Shown here one piece after another: positions 58,933 to 64,000 of a DNA stretch of 64,000 nt. The notes under the pieces are model-generated. The model was not told the DNA's origin. It ran no database searches and saw nothing but the letters and a program-made list of their open reading frames with translations. Every line of letters begins with the position of its first letter. Position 1 is the first letter of the stretch. Source of the stretch: Candidatus Nanohaloarchaea archaeon (GTDB taxonomy: Archaea > Nanohalarchaeota > Nanosalinia > Nanosalinales > Nanosalinaceae); contig JBEQBC010000002.1 in NCBI GenBank assembly GCA_041640035.1, forward strand, positions 1 through 64,000, read 5' to 3'. The translations under genes and the position numbers were made by a program.

Positions 58933-60087
58933 CTACCGCTTCAGATCCAGATCAATATTTCTCTCCCACATCTCCTCGGCGAGATCTCCATCGTACATCA
59001 TCTGCTGAACCAATTCATCTGCGTTCTCCTTCCGCTCCTGATGCTCCTGCAAGAACTCATTCAGCTCCTCAATCAGAATCTCTTTAATCTCTCCAGTCAT
59101 CATCTCCCCGGAAGAATAGTTTTCAGCGATCTCACGGATCCGTTCATCGTCCTCCATCAAAAGATTGCGGAGCCACTGGAACGAGGTATCCACGGAAAGA
59201 TCAGCTCCTTCCTCACGGTGCTCCTCCAGTGTATCACCGCCTCCGGAGTAAGCGTGCTTCTTCACCTTCTCCTCAACCTCTTCAGGACTGTCGTCCAGCA
59301 TGATTGCTGTCTTTGGCTTGCTTGAGCTCATCTTCCCTTCAGGTCCGGTGAGTGCCGGGATGAACTTGGAGTGGATGGCTGCCGTCTTCTTGTGACCGAA
59401 TTTTTCTGCTATATCTCTCTGAATCCTCCAGTACGGATCCTGGTCGATCGCGGCCGGGATGACGCATCTCTTGTTTTCGAAGAATGTTGGTATGTTCTGT
59501 ATTGCTGGCCAGAAGTTCATTCCGATGTTGGTTGAGCCTTCAAATCCGAACACGCTTTGTGCCTGTGAGTTGTTTATTTTTTCAGCGATCTTGACGATTC
59601 CGTCGTACATGTTACCCATGTATTCACGATTCCGGAAGATGAATGTCTTGTCCGGGTCGAAGCCTACTGCTGCGATCTCTCGTATATTGTCTTCTGCATA
59701 TTTGTCGATTTCTTCGTCTGTTACATCTCTGTCCCAGTATTTTTCGTCGTCTGTGACCTGTATGTATACATTTACATCGAACTTGTCCTGCAGCCATTTT
59801 GTAAAGTAGAATGAGATGATGTGGCCGATATGCATCTTTCCTGAGGGGCCGATACCTGTGTATAGGAAGAATCCGTCACCTTCCTCGTATTCGTCCAGTG
59901 CTTCGTCGAGGCCTCTGTGTGAGTAGACGAAATCTCTTTTTACATACAGATTCTGGTCGTCTGCCAGGTCGAACAGTCTCTGTTTGAGTTCTTCATCTAT
60001 TTCGCTGGTTCCGAACTTGTCTACCAGTCTATCGTAGTTTACTGTTCCTTCTACATCGAAGGGCGTTACATCGAATTCATCTGTCAT
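58933..60087 (-). CDS. trpS: Tryptophan--tRNA ligase
   Basis: LYTGIGPSGKMHIGH, TDDEKY, IDQDPYWR, KMSSS. Confidence 0.96.
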   Translation of the reverse strand: MTDEFDVTPFDVEGTVNYDRLVDKFGTSEIDEELKQRLFDLADDQNLYVKRDFVYSHRGLDEALDEYEEGDGFFLYTGIGPSGKMHIGHIISFYFTKWLQDKFDVNVYIQVTDDEKYWDRDVTDEEIDKYAEDNIREIAAVGFDPDKTFIFRNREYMGNMYDGIVKIAEKINNSQAQSVFGFEGSTNIGMNFWPAIQNIPTFFENKRCVIPAAIDQDPYWRIQRDIAEKFGHKKTAAIHSKFIPALTGPEGKMSSSKPKTAIMLDDSPEEVEEKVKKHAYSGGGDTLEEHREEGADLSVDTSFQWLRNLLMEDDERIREIAENYSSGEMMTGEIKEILIEELNEFLQEHQERKENADELVQQMMYDGDLAEEMWERNIDLDLKR

Positions 60088-61196
60088 TGTATTTTCGAGG
60101 CCTCTAAACAGGTTTTCTTCTCTGTAAATTTTTCAAGCTTCGCTCTATCCACCTCGGAATAAAGACCTGATCCACAAGGTACATCTATGGACCCGTCTTC
60201 CATAGTGATTTCATCCTGCAGAATACCTTGTTCAAAGTATCTCTGTGTCGGCGCCAAGTCGCTCACCATGTTGACCTGAGGCATCGATGCAGCAGCTAGT
60301 GCATAACTCATTCCTATGCCGGATTCCACCACGCTTCCAACCCATAGATCGAGACCCTGTTTTTCACAGATTTTAGCTATCTCTCGTGATTCTTTCAGAC
60401 CGCCAACCCTCTGAGGCTTCAGGTTTATGATTTCGCATGCACCAATTTCCACGGCTTTCCGGGCTTCCTCCGCGTTTCGGATTGACTCGTCTAGACAGAT
60501 CGGTGTCTCCAGTTTGTCTGCAAGTTTTGAGTGGTTGATAAGATCCCTGTGGTGTAGTGGCTGTTCTATCATCTTGATATCGAATCTGTCCAGTTTTTCC
60601 AGCCGATCGAAGTCTTCAATGCTGTATGCCGCGTTTGCGTCGGCAGAGATAACCAGGCCTGTGAATTCTTTTCTCAGGGCTTTAATGTACTCTAGGTCTT
60701 TACCTGGTTTTATCTTGACCTTGATCCTCTGGAAGCCCTGATTTACCCTATCTTCAGCTTCTTGGACTAGATTTCCTGGTGTTTCCTGTATACCTATACT
60801 TGCACCGCACTCAATACTCTGCTTTGAACCATCCACTAAGTCAGAAAGAGATCTATTTTCCATGAAAGATTTTCTGTGGTGTAGCAAGAACTCTCCGGCA
60901 GCTTTCGCCATCTCATTCCCTTTATATTTCTTCACCGCATCTCTGTAATCTTCTATAGTTTCAGATCGGGCTACCTCGGGAACTATAAACCTTTCTATGT
61001 TTCTGTAGGTGTTTTCTGTTGTTTCATGGCTGTAGAAAGGTGCGAACTGTGGGGAAGCCTCTCCGCAGAATCTTTTTCCGTCTTTCTGTGCTTCCAGTAT
61101 TACTAGGTTTCTGTTTTCCACGGTTCCCGAGCTGATTTCGAACGGTTCTTTCAGCGGGATCTTGATCTTGCGTATGGTGAAGGAGTCAAAATTCAT
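60084..61196 (-). CDS. Enolase-superfamily OSBS/N-succinylamino acid racemase (NSAR)-like enzyme
   Basis: PFEISSG, PFYSHET, KVKIKPG, DAN, EQP, DES, NLKPQRVGG, ESGIG. Confidence 0.88.
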   Translation of the reverse strand: MNFDSFTIRKIKIPLKEPFEISSGTVENRNLVILEAQKDGKRFCGEASPQFAPFYSHETTENTYRNIERFIVPEVARSETIEDYRDAVKKYKGNEMAKAAGEFLLHHRKSFMENRSLSDLVDGSKQSIECGASIGIQETPGNLVQEAEDRVNQGFQRIKVKIKPGKDLEYIKALRKEFTGLVISADANAAYSIEDFDRLEKLDRFDIKMIEQPLHHRDLINHSKLADKLETPICLDESIRNAEEARKAVEIGACEIINLKPQRVGGLKESREIAKICEKQGLDLWVGSVVESGIGMSYALAAASMPQVNMVSDLAPTQRYFEQGILQDEITMEDGSIDVPCGSGLYSEVDRAKLEKFTEKKTCLEASKIQ

Positions 61197-62257
61197 TCTG
61201 TTTCACTTCTGATGAACTCTTTCAGCGACTTAATGTAGGTGCTGAGTGTTTCCAGCTCTACATACTCGCTTTCACCGTGCAGATCGTATCCTTCAGGGCC
61301 GTAGCACACTGCAGGTATATCTTGAGATGTGAAGAACCTCATGTCGCTTGCGAAGTTCTCTTTCCTTTTCTGTGGTTTCTCGCCGCTTATCTCCTTTATG
61401 GATTGTCGTAGCCGTTCTATATGCTCTTCTCCTTCAGGGTTCTTCATCATGGGAGCTCTGGCAGTTATCTCGACATCTATTCCTTCGATTGATCTTATGT
61501 CTTTCAGGACTTCTTCAGCATGATACTGTTCAGAGTACCTTATGTCTAGTTGCATCTCTGCTTTTTCCGGTACCTTGTTGACTTCTTCCCCTGCTCTTAT
61601 CTTTCCGAGATTGACTGTGGTTGGGAAACTGCCGTCTTCGAATAGCCGGTCTATCTCTCTATATTTATCCATGAGTTTCTCCGCGGCGTTCACACCTTTG
61701 CCAGGTTTGGATCCGTGCGCCGGCTCTCCCTCTACCGTGATTCGTAGCTGGAGTACTCCTTTCTGTTCTGTGACTATGGAAGGGACGTTTCCAGAGTCGT
61801 CGGGTTCTGCAGAGATGACGAATCCGGGTTCAAGTCCTTCATCGATGAGATGCCCGGTTCCGTTGAAGCCTCCTATCTCTTCATCAGTTGTGAGTAGAAG
61901 GCCGATATCTGGTTTTTCTTCTTTCAGGTCCTGCATGGTTTTGATGAGGCAGGCTACTCCTGATTTCATGTCTGCTGTTCCACGGCCGTACAGCTTACCC
62001 TGTTCTTTCTTTGGTTCGAACTGGTTTTCTTCTGCGGTCACTACATCCAAGTGTCCGTGAAGAAGTATCTCCGGCTTCATGGTCTGCTTGAAGGTTACCA
62101 GCAGCGATTTCTTGCCTTCTTTCTCGAACCTCTGTAAAATGTACTCTTCCGATTGGAAGAACTTTTCTGCGTATTCCACTGCTTCTTCGAGCTGTTCTGG
62201 CCGGTGTTGTGTGGACTGTATCTTGACGAGTTCTCTTGTTATCTTTTCTGGTTTCAT
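61193..62257 (-). CDS. M20 family metallo-amidohydrolase (ArgE/DapE-like)
   Basis: HGHLDVV, GRGTADMK, DEEIG, AEP, HGS, and a C-terminal His. Confidence 0.9.
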   Translation of the reverse strand: MKPEKITRELVKIQSTQHRPEQLEEAVEYAEKFFQSEEYILQRFEKEGKKSLLVTFKQTMKPEILLHGHLDVVTAEENQFEPKKEQGKLYGRGTADMKSGVACLIKTMQDLKEEKPDIGLLLTTDEEIGGFNGTGHLIDEGLEPGFVISAEPDDSGNVPSIVTEQKGVLQLRITVEGEPAHGSKPGKGVNAAEKLMDKYREIDRLFEDGSFPTTVNLGKIRAGEEVNKVPEKAEMQLDIRYSEQYHAEEVLKDIRSIEGIDVEITARAPMMKNPEGEEHIERLRQSIKEISGEKPQKRKENFASDMRFFTSQDIPAVCYGPEGYDLHGESEYVELETLSTYIKSLKEFIRSETE

Positions 62258-62955
62258 CTGTGGTTCACCTCTCTGATGTTGGAGTGCTGTCCTATGTACT
62301 GGTTTACGGCCTGTTCCATTTCTTGTTCGGTTACCTGTCCTCCGACAACTACGGCGTCACCGTTCTCGTAATCCATTCCCCGAGATTCTAGGTACTCTCT
62401 TGTTTCTCCATCCGGTATTCCGTCATACATAGGTTCTGGATACACCGACTTCATGACATTGTCTTCCACTTCAGCATCGGGATCCAGGGCTTCCGCTACA
62501 TCCTCTAATGATTCATCTATCTCTTCGGGTGTTTCCTCCTCCGGACGAGGGTATGCGTTGAATACCTGGCGGCTGCAGTTGTACATCGCGGGGCTCTGTG
62601 TCCTGTAAGTTACTGTTTCCTCTTCTCCATCCATTTCCTGGAGTATGCTGAGTGAGAGCATGGCTTTTCCAAGCCCGTTTCTCTGTCGTTCTTCCTCCAC
62701 CGCGATTCCGTGCTCGTATACGGTATCTGCGACTCGGTCAGTTGATGAGAAGCCTACATACTCGTCTTTTTCATGGTCGTAGGCGAGTACCAGTGTTGAT
62801 ACAGGTAGTACATGTTCTACTGTGTCCTGTTCTGTTGGTACGCCGTCTGCTGAGAAAGCTGATTGAGCTGCGTCTACCAGTTGATCTGTGTATTCGGGAT
62901 TATCGTCTAGAAATTCTTGTGGATTTTGGATAACATCGATTCCAAAAGCGTTCAC
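62254..62955 (-). CDS. GNAT family acyltransferase
   Basis: YVGF, IAV...RQRNGLGKAML (motif A). The start codon is uncertain (GTG). Confidence 0.8.
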   Translation of the reverse strand: MNAFGIDVIQNPQEFLDDNPEYTDQLVDAAQSAFSADGVPTEQDTVEHVLPVSTLVLAYDHEKDEYVGFSSTDRVADTVYEHGIAVEEERQRNGLGKAMLSLSILQEMDGEEETVTYRTQSPAMYNCSRQVFNAYPRPEEETPEEIDESLEDVAEALDPDAEVEDNVMKSVYPEPMYDGIPDGETREYLESRGMDYENGDAVVVGGQVTEQEMEQAVNQYIGQHSNIREVNHR

Positions 62956-63256
62956 CTGAGGTTGATTGTGTGCTCATGGTCTTACCGATGCATTGTTGAG
63001 AAAGACTTAAATAGGTTAAGAATAGATTACAGGTATTTTCGGATATATTTAGGTCTCTTTAAGTCTTCTAACAGGTTATTTCGGATTTAATTGTAGTTAG
63101 AACTGCGGTTTGCCATGACTTGTTTTTCACTTCGGAGATAGTTAGGTAAGAAAGAGTTTTGCTATAGCCGGGGCTGTAGTTATTCAGAAAGTTAGTGTTG
63201 CCAAAAGTAGCCACCGGTGGTTGACATAGTAAATAGAATGAGGTGGAGATGTTAAA

Positions 63257-64000
63257 TTAGTTTTCATCTTCCAGTGCCTGGACTGCAGCCAACTGCTCTC
63301 CGCTCATGAATCGGACGAATGCTCCGCCTGCGATTGATACATGTGAGAAGTCGTCCAGGTCGTGGTCGAATCTGTGGACGAGCGAGGAGGTATGGCCTCC
63401 TCCTAGTACGGTGTATGCGTCTGTTTCTGCGATCGCTTCAACAACTGTCTTTGTTCCGTTTGGATAGTCTTCGAATGCTCCCATAGGTCCTTTCATGACG
63501 ACTGATTCGGCGTTTCTGATTTCTTCTGCGTATTTTTCGGCTGTTTTCTCTCCTATGTCCCAGGTCATCTCGTTATGAGGGATTTCTTCGATGCTGTGGT
63601 TTCCTGAGTCGGTTACCATGTCTTCAGGCAGAACAATCTTTTCTCCGTGGTTTTCCAATAGTCTTTGGAGGTCGTCTTTCTTGGAGTCGAATCCGTTTTC
63701 CTCTATCCAGCCGGATTTTTCTCCTATGTCCTTTCCTTGGATTTTGAGAGCTAGTTCTCCGGGTATTCCGCCTAGGAGTACTTTTTCTACATCTTCGATC
63801 ATCTCGTCCATTATTCCGATGAGGTCTGAGGGTTTTTCTCCTCCGAGAACCATTATGCCGTTTTCGAAGTTTTCTCTTACTTCTGAGCAGCTTTCGAGTT
63901 CTTTCTGCATGATAGGTCCTGCGTATGAATCGAGTGTTTCTGTGAAGCCGACCATGGAGCCGTGGCTTCTGTGTGCTGCGGAGAATGCGTCATCTACATA
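63257..64000 (-). CDS. pgk: Phosphoglycerate kinase, 5'-partial
   Basis: YVDDAFSAAHRSHGS, LGGEK, WDIG, KGPMGAFE, LGGGHT, HVSIAGGA. Confidence 0.95.
   Translation of the reverse strand, partial: YVDDAFSAAHRSHGSMVGFTETLDSYAGPIMQKELESCSEVRENFENGIMVLGGEKPSDLIGIMDEMIEDVEKVLLGGIPGELALKIQGKDIGEKSGWIEENGFDSKKDDLQRLLENHGEKIVLPEDMVTDSGNHSIEEIPHNEMTWDIGEKTAEKYAEEIRNAESVVMKGPMGAFEDYPNGTKTVVEAIAETDAYTVLGGGHTSSLVHRFDHDLDDFSHVSIAGGAFVRFMSGEQLAAVQALEDEN

Noticed and set aside
60084-61196. Annotation as menC (menaquinone synthesis)
   Set aside because: There are no men genes nearby, and the GNAT + M20 context fits a racemase role better.
1698-62933. Many Ser/Phe/Leu-rich antisense ORFs (e.g. 1698-2291, 12151-12747, 33533-34318)
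   Set aside because: They are expected reverse complements of GAA/GAC-rich acidic coding sequence and show no independent motifs.

Overview
This window is a chromosomal segment of an archaeon. Proteins are very acidic and compact, rpoB and rpoA are split, EF-2 carries the diphthamide His motif, Shine-Dalgarno sites read GGAGGTGA and terminators are T-rich. Together these suggest a DPANN extreme halophile such as Candidatus Nanohaloarchaeota (inference). 1-21.4 kb holds core transcription and translation genes: rpoB2/B1/A1/A2, nusA, rps12, rps7, EF-2, EF-1alpha, rps10, tRNA-Ser, two tRNA-Gln and rps13-rps4-rps11-rpoD, interrupted by accessory genes. 23.9-40.4 kb is a large cell-surface locus. 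Several of its exported beta-rich proteins share a pilin-like signature, and they surround a MoxR-DUF58-VWA (Bat-like) module. This is the best candidate for an undescribed system, a possible usher-less donor-strand fibre. 41.8-46.5 kb is a glycosyltransferase/exopolysaccharide cluster. Further right are truD, pth2, tRNA-Val, a HerA-like ATPase, ndk, pheST followed by a C/D-box-like sRNA, a Roadblock + KaiC-GTPase fusion + two KaiC-like ATPases module, trpS, a GNAT-M20-NSAR trio resembling a D-amino-acid salvage pathway, and partial pgk. No CRISPR array, rRNA or transposase was seen. All calls rest on motif recognition by eye; no database searches were run.
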